Source: Blepharisma stoltei ATCC 30299 (taxonomy: Eukaryota > Protista > Ciliophora). Taken from it: DNA of 64,000 nt. The stretch lies in assembly GCA_965603825.1 (NCBI GenBank), contig CBFDEM010000017.1:124001-188000 (forward strand), read 5' to 3'. Position 1 is the first letter of the stretch. The number at the start of each line of letters is the position of its first letter. Positions 1-13,508 of the stretch are shown here, piece by piece. The translations under genes and the position numbers were made by a program. The notes beneath the pieces are model-generated. The model was not told where the DNA came from and made no database searches. It saw only the letters and a list, made by a program, of their open reading frames with translations.

Positions 1-133
1 TTAAATTGTTGTGAAAACTGTGAAAATCGCCTTCGGTGACTGTTGAATTTTTTTTGATTTTTGATTTTTTCTTCAATAATTTACGGGTTTTTGGCTTTTT
101 TGTCGAAATTTTGTGAGAATTATTTCTAATCAT
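1..133 (-). CDS. 5' end of a Lys-rich hypothetical protein running off the window edge
   Basis: ATG at 133-131; frame open to position 2 (MIRNNSHKISTKKPKTRKLLKKKSK...); AT-rich upstream. No homology recognised. Confidence 0.45.
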   Translation of the reverse strand, partial: MIRNNSHKISTKKPKTRKLLKKKSKIKKNSTVTEGDFHSFHNNL

Positions 134-450
134 TTTTATAAATGGAGTCTGATATAATTTGGGACTGAGGAGTTGATTTTTTGTGGTCTATTAGAATAAT
201 GTAAATACTGTAAGAGAAGAGGTTTAAGTATGAAGTGGAAAGGCATGCTAAACTTTATAGTTATTAGAAACAAAAAGAATATATATATCTTAGTAATATA
301 CCAAAATACTAATATATTATTCAATTAATTTGAGTTTTATTAAAGAAGGATCAAATTAGTTGACATAACTGGCAAGTAAATTGAGTCTTGTTAAAATATT
401 TTATGTTTAAATTTATATAAAAAGGCAAGATTTTTAATAATATCATGAAA

Positions 451-3400
451 TTACTTGATTTTTTTAACTGCTTCATTTATCTTCTTTAGTTTTTTCTCTA
501 TGATTTTATACTTCGATACTTGCTCATCATCGCTTTCATCCTTTTCCTCTAGACTTATAGAGCTCCTAGGGAAGAAATTAATATCATTTTTTTCCATCAG
601 CTCTTTTACATATTTTTCAGCACCTGTGCATTCCTCAAGATTTTTATGATGAATGTACACGAGAAAGGCTAAGTAAGCATGAATATTGTGCTCGATTTGT
701 ATATGATAAAGCCAGCCAATTCTTTTAATTTCGAACTGAAATTTCCCATTTCCACAAATAAAACAATTATTTTCAATATCTCTTTGCATTTCTTGCTTTT
801 CGTCTCTTAGCTCCCCAAAGGTGTCAATAATAATGCCAAAAATAATATTCAGCAAAATAATTATCACGAATATAAAATACAGCAAATTAAAAATCATCAG
901 TCACCAGTAGTTTTTATCACCTCTAGGTGATTCCCTTAAATCATCACCAATCCCTCCTCCGGCTCGAATCCCTGAAATTAAAGTAGACTCAAAGCACTCC
1001 CACAAATTGTCACAATACGTATTTGCATTTGAATTATTTACATCTTCTCCATAATTTAAAGAAAAATTCAAAAATGCAATGATACTAAACAAATAAATTA
1101 CAATAACTCCTAATGCAACAGTTTTTAGTAGCTGCTTATAATTCAGAGTAATTGATTTAAGGACATTTGATAGGTCAGGATTCCTTTTCACTATATCTAG
1201 CAGCAGCAAAGCATAACAAATATGAAAAACCATTGACAAAATTGATATAACTAGATATATGAAATTATAAATACATTCCTCATTGGTTGCAACAGTTAGC
1301 AAATCATCTAACAGTGGATAAATCGAAATTTTAAGCTTGTCTTGCGTTCTCGATATAATTTCTTTCATCAGAACAGTCCCATGTATTTTTTCAAATCTTG
1401 AGTTATAAATATACTCCACCATTTGTTTGCTTTTGGTTTCTGATTTTTGCTGATACACAATAACTGGGAAATATTCAATAATATAGCACACAAATATCAT
1501 AAACGCCAGAATTATTTGTAATACTGATAAAGCTGTAATAAAATTAGCTACACTATCACTTGTATTATAAACCCACTTGCCAGTTTGGCTGTTTCCTTCA
1601 TGTGCAGCTGTGAAGAAAATGATGATATTTAAAAGAATAACAGCCCCATACGAAATTTTGCCATATAATCTCCAATTGCAGCACATATCGTCTAAAAAAG
1701 GATATCTCGCTAATTTTTGCTGATGGTACATTTCTACCTCATATAGTCTGCTTCTATTAATAAAATCATCAATTTTCTCCTGATATGAATTTCTGCTTAC
1801 TTTATGCAGTAGCTCATTTCGAGATTTCACAGTCAAAAATCTGCATTGGTTTGGGACCCTGAAATAAATTTTTGCCAATGTTCCTTTATTGTTTATTTCT
1901 ACACTTGCAATGTTGGAGGAGTAAAAGCGATAAGCATTTTGCATGTCAACTACTGTAGCATTAACTATTCCCCTCCTATGGAAAATTCCAGAAAAACGCT
2001 TGAAGAAAGACCCGAATAAGCTTTTAAAATTTTGCACTTCTGCATCTTCGTTGTGATTGATAGTTATTTCTTGCTTATGATCATATTTAAAAAAATCCAT
2101 AGGGTCCAGATTGATTTTTGAAGATTTATATTCAGATTTTTTCTTTAGCTGGTCTTTATGGGCTTTTCTAAGTGACAAAATCAATATGTAAATATCAAAG
2201 CCAGTCTCAATAACATTTTTTTCAAAACTTTCTAATTTTTTCCCTGATAATTCTAGCAATCTCAGTCACCAATACGACTTTCCTTTGTCGTCTTGATAAA
2301 TAATGTCTTCTCTTCCAGCCACTAAATCTTTCCAAATAAGTGTGGCGTGCTGAACTAAATTTTCAGTGCTGATTTCTTCGAAAAATATTTTTGACACTTT
2401 TCTATTTAAATTCCCTTCTATAAGAGAATTCAAAAATTTGACTGACGCACTAAATATTTGAAGCCATGCACTAGGCTTTTTGACAACAACTTCGGGGAAT
2501 CCAATAATTCAGTTCATAAATTTATATAGCCTACGTCTTTGTCCAAGCAACAGCTGATTTGATGCACATGGCCCAGAGCAGACATCAGCTAGTGTCCACA
2601 AGCACTGCTGAACAGCTTTGCAAGCAGGGGTCATGTCATCATCTAGTGATTTCAGCTCTTTGAGCCCAACCATATTTATAATAAACTGCCCTAGTTCAGT
2701 TACCAAATCAATGCTGACTTTTATATTCAAGTCATTCTGTTCTCTCAAATAGTCTTGGAATGGAAGATAACAGTTATCGCAGCACAATTGTAAAAATAAT
2801 AAAATGATGATGGTCAAATCAGTATCCTTTGTTCTTTTAGGGAAATCCTGAACTGCTTGTGGGATATAATCAGGCAGAAATGTTTTCATTGAGCTTAATT
2901 TTCGTTTTAACTCTTCATTCATTTCTTTTTTCTTTTGATAATCCATAAAATAGTCCCTTGTTATGCGGAGCTGGACTTTAATAAAAGTAAACAGCTCAAA
3001 GGTGGCTCCTGATGTCTTTAAATACTCTAGAAGTTTTTGCTTTATATATAAATTATTGTGTTCTAATAATTTATTTAACAGCTCAAACGCTTGCCTTATC
3101 AGCTGGGTATCATTTTCTCTATTAATAAGGGAAATAGCCATCTGAATAATCCCGCCATCTGCAAACAAGTTCTGGATAGTTTTTATTTTTTGCGTTTTAT
3201 CTGCGCCATCTCCTCCTGCTTCTTCTTGGAAAATCAGCATATATTTAAACATTTCTAATAAATAAATCTTATGTTCTTTTTTTTGGAACGCTGACTCCAG
3301 ATTATTCATAAATTTCAATAAAGATGTGTAATCTTTCTTAATAAGAGCTTCATCAAATAAGCTTTTCTTTACTTTTCTTATAAGCCCTTTCAGCTCTGTT

Positions 3401-6400
3401 GTAGACTGCTGGTTCTCTTTATGCATTTCTGCTAAAACTCCTTCTAACACTTTATTTATATCTTCTGGTTCTTCTTTGAACACTTCTTTTTCTGGGTTTC
3501 TTTTTTTCTTAACCACATATTTGTTACCTATAAAAAATTCTTTCATTTCTTGGACTAATAAATAAACGTTAATTATTTCTCCTCCATCAGGGTCCATAAA
3601 ATTAATAGCTCCATCAATTTGACTGGTCCTTATGTCTTTCCTTATAAACCATTTTACTTTGGAGATAAATTCATTTCTGTCTAAGTTTGCATCATCAGTG
3701 ATTTCTAGCTCCTTTGCGAAAAACTCCTCAAGCGGGAGATTATTGTGCATCACATAGTTTTGTAGCTTGTCCAGCATAAATCTAAAGCTTTCCTCTTCTC
3801 CTTTGTGGACAGGCACACCATCTCCAGTTTCAATAATATAATAAGGAATTTCTAAGCTGGCTTCTCTGACTTCTTTTATAAAAAAATCCACGTTTAAGTC
3901 TTCATGCTCGAATTTTAAGTCAAAAAGAGAGTCATGGAGGGCTTGGAGCTCGCTTCTTATTTCTTCCAAAATTTCTACAGTTTCAGGTGATGGGACATCT
4001 CCGCTTGATTTTAGCTCTATTGATAAGTCTTTAATAAAGCATAATAGCCCTGTTCCGATATTTGGTGTGTAAGGCATTCTTGATGATATATATTTCCAGT
4101 AGTCCAGAGCTTCGACTTGTTCTTTAGTTAAATCGTCAAACTGTTTTTGGAACTTTTTTGAGCTGGGGGTGAAGTTAGCTATCAGATTTATCATTAATTG
4201 CTTGCCTTTTGGGAGTGATTTTTGAGTGTCTATTTTTATGCCTTGGGGCATGATTATTTTGTAGAGACTTTTTCGACAGAGGACTGGCATGTGGACGAAA
4301 TAGTTAGTATACATCTCGAAATCAGGAAGAACTACTCGGTAAAGAAGCTCTTCTAAGACTGGGCCTGGGATTTCACGGACTATTCCATCAGAGGTCATGC
4401 AGTAAACGTAAAAAAAATAATGAAGATACGCTCTTTTTATTTTTAGATGGAGAGCTGAAGATCTTAATTCTTTGAATAAAATCTGATAAGGAATTAGCCT
4501 CCTGCACTGCTGAGTGGTAAATGGGTTATGAACTGCTGAAGAAGCTAGCAGTAAAATCATATTCGCATAAAATTTCAAGTTTTCTGCTGTATATTTTGAT
4601 AAATCTCAGCCAGTTTCACATGAAAAAATGCTATATAATTTTTTTGTATTTAGTAAAGCTTTGATTACATGTGTTTGAGAAATTGCATAAAAATGATGAT
4701 TTTCGTCATATAAAAGTGCTTTCATCACTCTAATATCTTGTGGACGCTCTAAAGGGTTTTCACGACTTTCCATACTCTTAAACATATGCTGAATGATTAG
4801 TCCTCCAGTTTGGCTGTTTCTTTTGCATGATATCACTTCTGCTAGCACCCTTGTAGCGCCTACCAAATTTCCTAAAAAATTCACTATTAATTTTACACTA
4901 TCATAAAGCAGCATCTGATTTTTGTAATTTTTATAGCAAAATGCAGTCAGTGCCCCAAAAATGCTTCTATACAAATCTTGGTAAGCTGGGTCAAGCTTGG
5001 AATTTCCTTCTGGAGTTATTGAGATCCATACCCAATCATCTTTTAAAAATTTTAACAACGCATTATGAGCTCCTAAACTTTTTGCCATTTTTTGAAGAAA
5101 CGACATCTGGTTGGAGTCTCCTTTTTTAAAAATAATATGCTCAAGCTCGTCAACATTGTTTTTAGTATTAGTTTTAATTTTCCTTATTTCTTGGTCTTCT
5201 TTAATCCCTGTTTTTACATCAAAAGTGTCCGTCAAAAGTTTTATTTTTTTTGCATAATAATTTATTTTTAAAATAATAAATTTCATTCTTTGATAAATAT
5301 CTCTTAATGGTCCTGAAGGCAATAAGCAAGTTTCACTTAAAGCATCATGCAGAATTGAGTTTTGATTGAAATTAAATAAAATCAGTTCTAAACTTTTCTG
5401 CTTAATAGTTTTATTGAAATTATTGAATAATAAGTTTAGCAGCATTGCGTCGAAATTTAAGGAATCATTTAATTCGTTGACAATAGAATCAGAGGTATGA
5501 TTTGCAGAGTCAGGCGCAATCCTATTTTTCATAAATAGCAAAGGAGTTTTTGAAGTGACCATGATATCAACGCTTCGGTTCCGCTTGTGTCTTTTTAAAG
5601 CTTTTTGGTAATTTGTGTGGTTGAATTTTGAGATAGACTGTTTTATAGTGTCCATCATTTCTGCATTGTTTGTCCGATCGACGTCTTCTAACATTTTTAG
5701 GACTTCATAAACCTGCTTGTTAGTCCTCATAGCATAGGCAACCTGAAAGAAGCTTAAAACTGCTATTGCAAGATTGTCTTGGCGGCTTTCTTCTTTTCCA
5801 AAAGGCTTCAGATTATTTTTTAATTCTGAGCACCAATGCAAATTGGTATTTTCAAATTCTTTACTATCATATTTATTATGGTCAATCAATTTGATTAATG
5901 GACCTGTAATTTCATTGACGAAAAAATAGCTGACATATTGTAGACTTACGATTCATTTAGACAGCTCAATTATTTCAATCACAAAGCTTATTTTTTGGTT
6001 TCTTGTTTCTTCTCCATCATCAGAAAAAGGATTTTTAGGTGCTTTTCACAGTTCTTCTAGCCATTGTGCTAAAGCTGCAATTGGCACACTAGAGTTATCA
6101 AGCCGTTTTATTGAGCTTATTACTTCTGTACTCGGCGTATCCCTTTCGTCTTCTATTCTATTTTCTGTTGAATTCCAAAAAAAGGTCCTATTTGTACAGT
6201 CAGTGAGTGAAACTAAAGGATCCCTATCAATATAAATAATCCTGCAAAGTGCTGTATAATTTTTCCTCAGTTTACTATGCACATTAGGATTAGACATACA
6301 TGAAAAAATATGCTCAAACGTCAAATTCATCTCTTTTATTACTTTCTGGGCGCTTGATTCATTACGAGACATACACATTGAAGCTAAAAGCTCTAATATT

Positions 6401-9054
6401 GACGATATATAGCCTACTAAAAAAGGATGAGGTGTAAATGAAGAAATAAAAAATAAATTCGGCATTGGCGCTTCAGGATCTTGTGGGACTGATATTTTTT
6501 GAAGTGTAGGGTTATTCAGCATAAATTCACGAACTGACGCATTTGAGTCCTGGAAAATTTTTATGCATGGTCTGCCGTCTGATAGTAAAAATTGGACAAG
6601 CTTAGACTCTCTGCTGAACAGCTCTTTTTCTATAATAGTCTGATATTTCGGGACACCACGGTCATTGTGGACACATAAAGATGCGAGGATTTTAAAAGTG
6701 ATGACTTGCTCTTCTATGTTATCTTCCAGCTCATTTATAGGCTTAATCTGCTCGATTCAGTTGCGGAACTGTTCTGGGGTTGCTTTAGAGAAAATGTCGA
6801 CTGAATATTTGAAGCTTTCTTTTAATATGACTCCGACCTGTAGCTTGTATGAGCTTAATTGGGAGCTTAAAAACTCATCATACACTTTTAAGCTTTGGCA
6901 GGACTGCGCGTTATTTTTGATGCAGAGAAAAATGGTTTCATAGAGTTTTACTGCAAGTTTATATAAATGCTTAACTCCAACAACTTGTGGCGTATTCAAA
7001 TATTCTTGAATCTGCAGCTTGACTATTTCGTTAAGCATTTTCACATTAGATCTTCTTATTGCTTTTGGCATGCTTTCTTTTGGAAATTTCAGCGGCAGTG
7101 TCAGTCTACTTTCAATTAGCTGCACTATTTTTATGATCAGGTCTAGAAGACCTGACTGTCTAATAGCATCTTGTCTGTCCACTAGATTTGACATCATTGA
7201 AGGGTCATCTTTTAGTATTCTTTTTCTCAAATTATTCATGATTTCTACCAGCATCTCTGATTGTCTTTCGAGCTCAGCTTCAGTACTTCTTGCCAATTCA
7301 TAATTCAAAATATAGGCCACGTTTCTTTTGACCATGCCCCAAGTGCTTAAAAAATAGTAAAAACTCACAAGTTTGGGTATAACTCGGCTGATTTGGTATA
7401 TATGGATGGTTGATTCTTCAGGCTCGTCTTCTAATATAAATGTAGTTTTTGTGGCGAGTTTTCTGTTAAATGTTAATTTTACTTCCATTTCTTCAACTGT
7501 TTTCATAGTCTGGAAAAAGTTTTTTAAGGTTTCTTGGCCGCCTGCTTTTAGTACTTTTTGAAGTTTGATATTCTCAAATTTTACTAGGGTTTTAAAAGTC
7601 AAATATGGGCTATCATAGTTCTCTGGAAGAATTTTGAATAAAGTATGGTCATTGCTCCCGTCAGTAGTTAATGACAGCTGGCCTGACTTTGCTACATATA
7701 AAAACATGCCAGTCGCTACGTGCTTTATTCTGTACTCTCCTACGGGCTCTGCTAGTCCTCCAATAAATGGGTTTTTCCTTTCTAATTCTCATACAGACAG
7801 ACTTGACTTATTGTTTTCTATATAAACTTTCATTTTCGGCTCTTTTGTAGCTTCTGACCTTATTTTGTAGTTTACAGCATAGACTTCTTCATTTCCTTCT
7901 TGCTGGGCCTCTGTGGTCTCATTTGGCAAAATTTCTTCGATTTTTCTCGGGGTAACTGACAGGTATCCTTCACATTGTTTGTGGAAAATCCGAAAGGAGT
8001 CTCCAGTCGCTACAAAATTTGGGTTGATTTTCATTTGGGATTGGCTTATAAATTTTCTTGCCCTTCATATTGACAAGTTGCTGGAAGCATTTAGCTCGCA
8101 CTCCATATTCTGTCGAAAAATCTGAGAAATTGCCATATGGAGATGATAGGTGGAGTTTTCCATTGTGGTAACTAGTTTAAAGAAATCTGAGTATTTTACA
8201 GGCTCACCTTCTTGTCTGAGCTTATCTTTAGGCATGATCTCAAACCAAGACCCTTCCGAGCCTTTATGATCTAAAATCACTTGTAAGCAACCTCGTTCTC
8301 TAGCAACTTCTAAGCTTGCTGTCAAAAAGCAGTCACTATGAAGATGCCTAAGCTGGATTCTTTCCCCATAGGTAACTTTTCGGCCATAGCTTAAATCTAA
8401 TTCTGCTTCATTTCCTTTTTGTTCTTCATCAGCTTGTTCTTTTAACCTTTTTAGTACTTTTGGATCCTGCTTTTTTAATTTTTTATAATTCTGCAGCATG
8501 GTTGTAAACCCATACTGTCTTGACGGTTCTATTCTAAACAAGCTTTGTCTAAAGAGCACCTGGTTGGAGAATTCTGTAAAAAATTCTTTAGGTATGCATT
8601 CAAGATGGACATGGGATATCCCATCCCCACTGATAACCCCTGTAAACTCAAAATCCTCATTGGAGTCTTTTGATAATAAAGTTATAGCATCCCCAATCAG
8701 CAAAAATCCAGCCTTGTCTGAGCGTTTTTCTTTTGGGAGTGGGGCATCTTTGGTGTTATCATTAGTTTCGAAAATGGTCTGAAGAGAGGTTTGTAAGTCT
8801 TTTTTTGAAACTATTGGGGGCAGAGTAAGGGTGTTTTTGGATGTCACATTGAAAGAGGCTGAAAGTGGCTGCTCTTTTACGCTGCTGTCAATTACTTTTA
8901 TTATTGAAATTTCTCTAGGATTTGTTTTTGCATGTGAAATTTCAGTGCTTGCCCGCATCGGCTCATGTTTATAGCTTATTACTTCAATTAAAGTTCTTTT
9001 TGAAGCTCTTGTAATGGCTGACTCCAATTTTGCGATAGCGACTTGTTTTATCAT
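451..9054 (-). CDS. ITPR: IP3 receptor / ryanodine receptor superfamily Ca2+-release channel, ~2867 aa (UGA=Trp)
   Basis: Eight ORF-track pieces share one frame, separated only by TGA (901, 2266, 2509, 4606, 5953, 6046, 6757, 7789, 8065). MIR-domain motifs (YGERIQLRHLHS; SVWELE...YRIKHVATGMFL), pore GIRAGGGIGD, TM6 IIILLNIIFGIIIDTFGELR, CFICG and EHN zinc-finger motifs. Confidence 0.95.
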
Positions 9055-9084
9055 ATTTAATTAATGTTACGTTTCTAAATAAAA

Positions 9085-10221
9085 ATGATCAAAAAACTAG
9101 TTACATGGTTTACCAAGCCAAAAGACAGTAACCGCGCCATGATCTGGAGAGAGCTCTATGCTGATGTTTTCCAAAACTGCCTGAAGTTTTGTGCTTACTC
9201 TGTCTCAGGCTCCCAAGCAATGAAGGCTGAAAACATGCGAGCTTTTTTTGACTTTTTAAACCATCTAGTTATGCTGGGTGCTAACAAATCCTCAGAAAGG
9301 CTGCCAGATATCAATTATAACTATGGCTACGGACGAATAAAAAACCTTGCTGTGATAGTTCCTGGGCTCTGCTTTTTCTTGTCTGGAGTTTATAACTTTT
9401 CCACTCCAATGGCACAGGTTTTCTACTTTAAAGAAGCAGCAGAGCTACTTACCATCACCCCAGCTTCTTTTTCTGTGATACTTATTTAGCTTATTTTTTT
9501 GTCAAGTTTTGTGGAATTTTGGCTATTTTATAAGAATTTAGGAAATATCAAGGAATTTCCAGCGTCACTGAGCTTTAAGGAATCACTTAAAGGTAGACTA
9601 AAGCTTTCTTATGATATAATTACCCAAAAAATTGATATTGATCCTATCCAAAATGCTATCGCAATAGAAAATGTTTTAGCTGTTATGGGGGTTTGCACTC
9701 CAATAGCGACTTCTGCACTATACTATGTTACAAATCTGTGGTGGCTTGACCCATTGGGTCAAGCTATAAACGGAGTAATTCAGATGTATTTAGGGTATTT
9801 AATTATAGAAGATAATTCAAAAATTTTGATTGATAAAAGTGTGAATGAAGAATACATGAAAAAAGTTAGGGAATTTATTAGTAGTCGAAATGGGGTGCTG
9901 AAAGTATGGAAATTAAAGTCAAAATATTTAAACTCGACTGAATACTCTATAGCTATTGATATAGCCTATGATCCTAAAAAAATCAGCTCAAGTGTTGTTG
10001 AAGAGCTGAAAAGCGACATTGAGCAAGCCTCAAAGGGAAGGTCAGAAGAAGAAATAAAGCAGCTGATAACGAAAGCTACAGAATTTGTCCTTGTGAAAAC
10101 TGACGAGTTCAATAGAGGTCTTAAAATCGAAGTCAAGCAGCAGTTTCCTGATGTTGCTGATATAGATATTGAGCAGTTAAAAATAAGGCCAATTAGTAAA
10201 GATGAATATCGATCTTCATAA
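9085..10221 (+). CDS. Cation diffusion facilitator, ZnT9/SLC30A9-like, ~373 aa, one intron
   Basis: CDF-like motifs (SGSQAMKAE, YNYGYGR, WWLDPLG). Two ORFs joined by the 15-nt intron 9475-9489. Confidence 0.75.
9475..9489 (+). other. 15-nt spliceosomal intron GTGATACTTATTTAG
   Basis: GT..AG with A at position 10; its terminal TAG is the only in-frame stop in the gene. Confidence 0.85.
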
Positions 10222-10402
10222 TGTGAAGATAATAATAGATAAGAATTTTAACTAAATTAGCATTTATTTGATTATTTTATTATTTGAAAATAGCATACCT
10301 CATCTTTGATAAATTATGATTAAATTTTTAACTAATGTAATAAAATCAATCTAAGCTGCCCTTATATTAATTTATTACATTTAAATTATTAATTATAGAA
10401 AC

Positions 10403-10800
10403 TTAATAACAACTACTAAGGCTTGAGCAACATTTCGATTTTGCCACTGCTTTTCACTATACTAGGAAGCAGCTAACATATACACTTATCGAGCCTACTA
10501 TAAGTCTTTCTTTATTTATTTCTTTATAATCCCATGCAATATCTTCCTTGTGTGGTAGACCAGAAATCCTCCATAAAACCAAAAAAATTCAAGGAATAAA
10601 ACCTTCCCAAATCAGCTTGAGTCCACAAACGCAGGATAATATAAAAAGCATTGAAACATTTATTAAAGAAATCCCTATAATCTCCACAATTTCAATCTCT
10701 TTACTATAGTTTTCCCTTTCTTAGCAGCATGAAAAAATGCTACAATATGATTAATAAATAAAACCATAAAATCAATAATCCTCCAGTTCGGAACAGAAAG
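10403..10800 (-). pseudogene. Decayed 3' fragment of a tandem BI-1/TMBIM paralog
   Basis: Frameshifted pieces ISLINVSM, YGGFLVYHTRKILHG and KERLIVGSISVYVSCFL align to ISLVNVSV, YGFFLIFHFNNVIEG and NDRYILVVLSVYIELFL of the adjacent gene. 5' half absent. Confidence 0.7.
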
Positions 10801-10836
10801 AAATTTTTTATTTTTTGTTAGAAAAAGAAAATTTAA

Positions 10837-11601
10837 TTATACTGGTGAAGGCTTAAAAGTTTTCATTTCACTTGTAGGGCCTTTGATTAAGTTTTCTTTT
10901 GTAAGTCTTTTTTTGTGTTTATTTTTAAGCCATGCTAAAATATAAAACTTAAGTAAAAAAAGTTCAATATAGACGCTTAAAACGACTAAAATATATCTGT
11001 CATTTTTGGTTTTTCTTGATTTACCTTCAATTACATTGTTGAAATGAAAGATTAAGAAAAATCCATATAGCCCAACTGCTATCGGGACAAAAAACAAAAA
11101 TAATTTCTCATAAGATGCCACAACTATAAAAACACTTACATTTACCAAAGATATATAAAACATATAAATAATCCCATTCCGTACATTAAAAGCTTCCTTT
11201 TCAGAAATAGAATACAAAACAGAGACTACATGAATCGAAACAAAAAAGTACAAAATCATGACAACAAATTTCTGATCTAAAAGTGACAAAACCACTCCAA
11301 ACATTGATCCAAAAAAAATTGTAAAGAGACCAGCAAATATTGATAGTAAAATTAAGTTTTTGGCTATTTCTTTTACCCTAAATAATGCTACTGCTGTTAG
11401 CACCAGGGCAACTTTGACAGCTATAGCAAGCCAAAATCGTTTTTCCACAAAGACATAGAGAGGGTGGATAAGGGAGAATGATAACGCAATGCAGCTTGAT
11501 ATTAAAACTTGGACTAAGAGGCCTATAAGCACTTTTCTGATGTAAATCAAGTTGAAGTAATTTGGATGGGAGTCTTCAGAAAAGGTTATGTCTTGGTCCA
11601 T
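10837..11601 (-). CDS. Bax inhibitor-1 / Lifeguard (TMBIM) family membrane protein, 254 aa
   Basis: YIRKVLIGLLVQVLI resembles the family FIRKVYxxLxxQL motif; about 7 hydrophobic helices; LSVYIELF resembles xxLYxD. Confidence 0.7.
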   Translation of the reverse strand: MDQDITFSEDSHPNYFNLIYIRKVLIGLLVQVLISSCIALSFSLIHPLYVFVEKRFWLAIAVKVALVLTAVALFRVKEIAKNLILLSIFAGLFTIFFGSMFGVVLSLLDQKFVVMILYFFVSIHVVSVLYSISEKEAFNVRNGIIYMFYISLVNVSVFIVVASYEKLFLFFVPIAVGLYGFFLIFHFNNVIEGKSRKTKNDRYILVVLSVYIELFLLKFYILAWLKNKHKKRLTKENLIKGPTSEMKTFKPSPV

Positions 11602-12021
11602 AGTTAAAAATTAGATAAAAATATTATGATTAAATAAATATTTTGCTGTAATATAGTAAGACTTTATCATAGTTATTCATTTTCTGACAATTATCAAGAA
11701 AATTTATTCTATTAGATATAGTATTAGATTCATGAAAATATAAAGAAATTAAAGGGGAGAAGGGAATGAAGAAATATCAAATTATTGAAGTAGATGTTGC
11801 AGCAAAAAATTTCATAAAAACTGTGATGAAAAATAAAAATTTAAGGCGTCTTGGACGCGGTAATGCATAATTATTATTATCAAGGAAATTTATAACTTCT
11901 TCGACATCAGTATCTCTGTGATTATCAAATAATATAGCTCCTATCCATATTAAAATTGCTCTAATTAATTATTATTATTAATATTCCTTCAATCTTTCTC
12001 AATCTTTTTTTATAATTCCAC

Positions 12022-13413
12022 TTATGTTTGAAATATCACCTCAGCTTTAAATTTTCCTCTGTCATAAAAGCTCGGATCCTTCGTTAATTTTGGCAACCTC
12101 CAAACTTTAATTTCTCCGTTTTCAGCACTGCTAAGCAGGACATCTTCATTTTCTATATAATTTAAACACAAAATGGCTGATTCATGAGCTTTCCATGTAA
12201 ATGATAAAACCCCCGTCGTAAAATTCCATATATGCAAAACTCCTTCACTATTTCCTCCAAAAATTTCGTCTCGGCTGTTTGCATAAATCATTACACTTAG
12301 CAAAGTCCTTGCCTTAATTGACTGCTGGAGCTCAAAATTATTTCCCTCTGCTTTTTGATAAATATTCAGCTCAGAGTTTCCGGTTCCTATAAAGAAGTTT
12401 CCGTTTAAGCAAATATTCATAGAAATTATTTCAATATTTGTATTAATATTCTGTATAAATATAGGTGTAAGGCTTGCTACGTCGAATATTAAAATCCCAT
12501 TAGATTTGGTGGCAATTAGAATTTTTGAGGCACTAAAATCAGATACCGCTGACACTGGGATTCCAGGGAATTCGGCTTCTGCAATTTCATTAATTTCTTC
12601 ATTTAATAAGACTGAAATTAATTTATTATCTTCTGAACACGAATAAAGTGTCGAGTTTGTATGGTTTACCACAATCCCAATAATATTTTTATTATGGTTT
12701 GTCAGAGTACAATAATCGTCATATTGAGTGCACCCTATATCAGTCCTTGCTCTATAACAAAAAATAATTCCTTCCTCAGTCCCTATTGAAAGAATGTCTA
12801 AGTGCTCATTTCAGCTCATACAAGTGACTTCAGTTGCAAAAGGAATTTTTCATGATTCATTATAAATATAGCCTTGGCGGCTATTCATTAGAGTAACTGC
12901 CCCATTTATAGCGTTTTTTTCATCTTCTTCTAAGCTTGATTCTTCTGATTTTTGTTGAAAATTTCCTTTTAACTTTGAGCAGACAAATAGCAAGCTTTTA
13001 AAAATTGTCAGTGAAATAGGCTTTCCTTCTGTATCTAATTTAGAGATAAGTTCAGGGGCATTGAATCTTGGCTTTGGGATAAATTGGTCTAATTGCAAAA
13101 ATTTTTTAATTTCTTCAGACTCAGCGATATCTTGCCTTGATAAAATCCCTTGTAAAAATTCATTTATCCCTTGCTGCCTGTTATTAAGGAAGCTATTGCT
13201 GTATTTTTTTCATAAAGTTTTCTTTGGAAGCTGCGGAATCCCAGGAAATTTTTTTAGCAAATCTTTATGAAAAGCATCAAATTGGCTGTATCGTTTATCT
13301 ACAGTTCATGATATTTTTGACAAAGTATGTCATACTTTAATAACGTAAAATATTACATGGTCAGGAGATTCATAATGCCGATCAATAGTCGCACCAAAAA
13401 CACCTAGCTCCAT
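12022..13413 (-). CDS. PX-domain plus WD40-repeat protein, ~463 aa (UGA=Trp)
   Basis: ATG at 13413; PX motif WTVDKRYSQFDAFHKDL..LPKK..FLNNRQQGINEFLQ; WD blades (GVLHIWN, AHESAI, GEIKVW); in-frame TGA at 13330, 13306, 13210, 12850, 12811. Confidence 0.85.
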
Positions 13414-13508
13414 AATTTATGAATTTCATATAAAATTCTAGATTTACTATGAAATTAATAGACACAAATTATTCATATAATTTGTAAAAATTATACGAAA
13501 TTAAAACC

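Noticed and set aside
136-324. 62-aa ORF (also 51132-51398 and 19934-20140)
   Set aside because: Low-complexity translations of AT-rich intergenic or antisense DNA.
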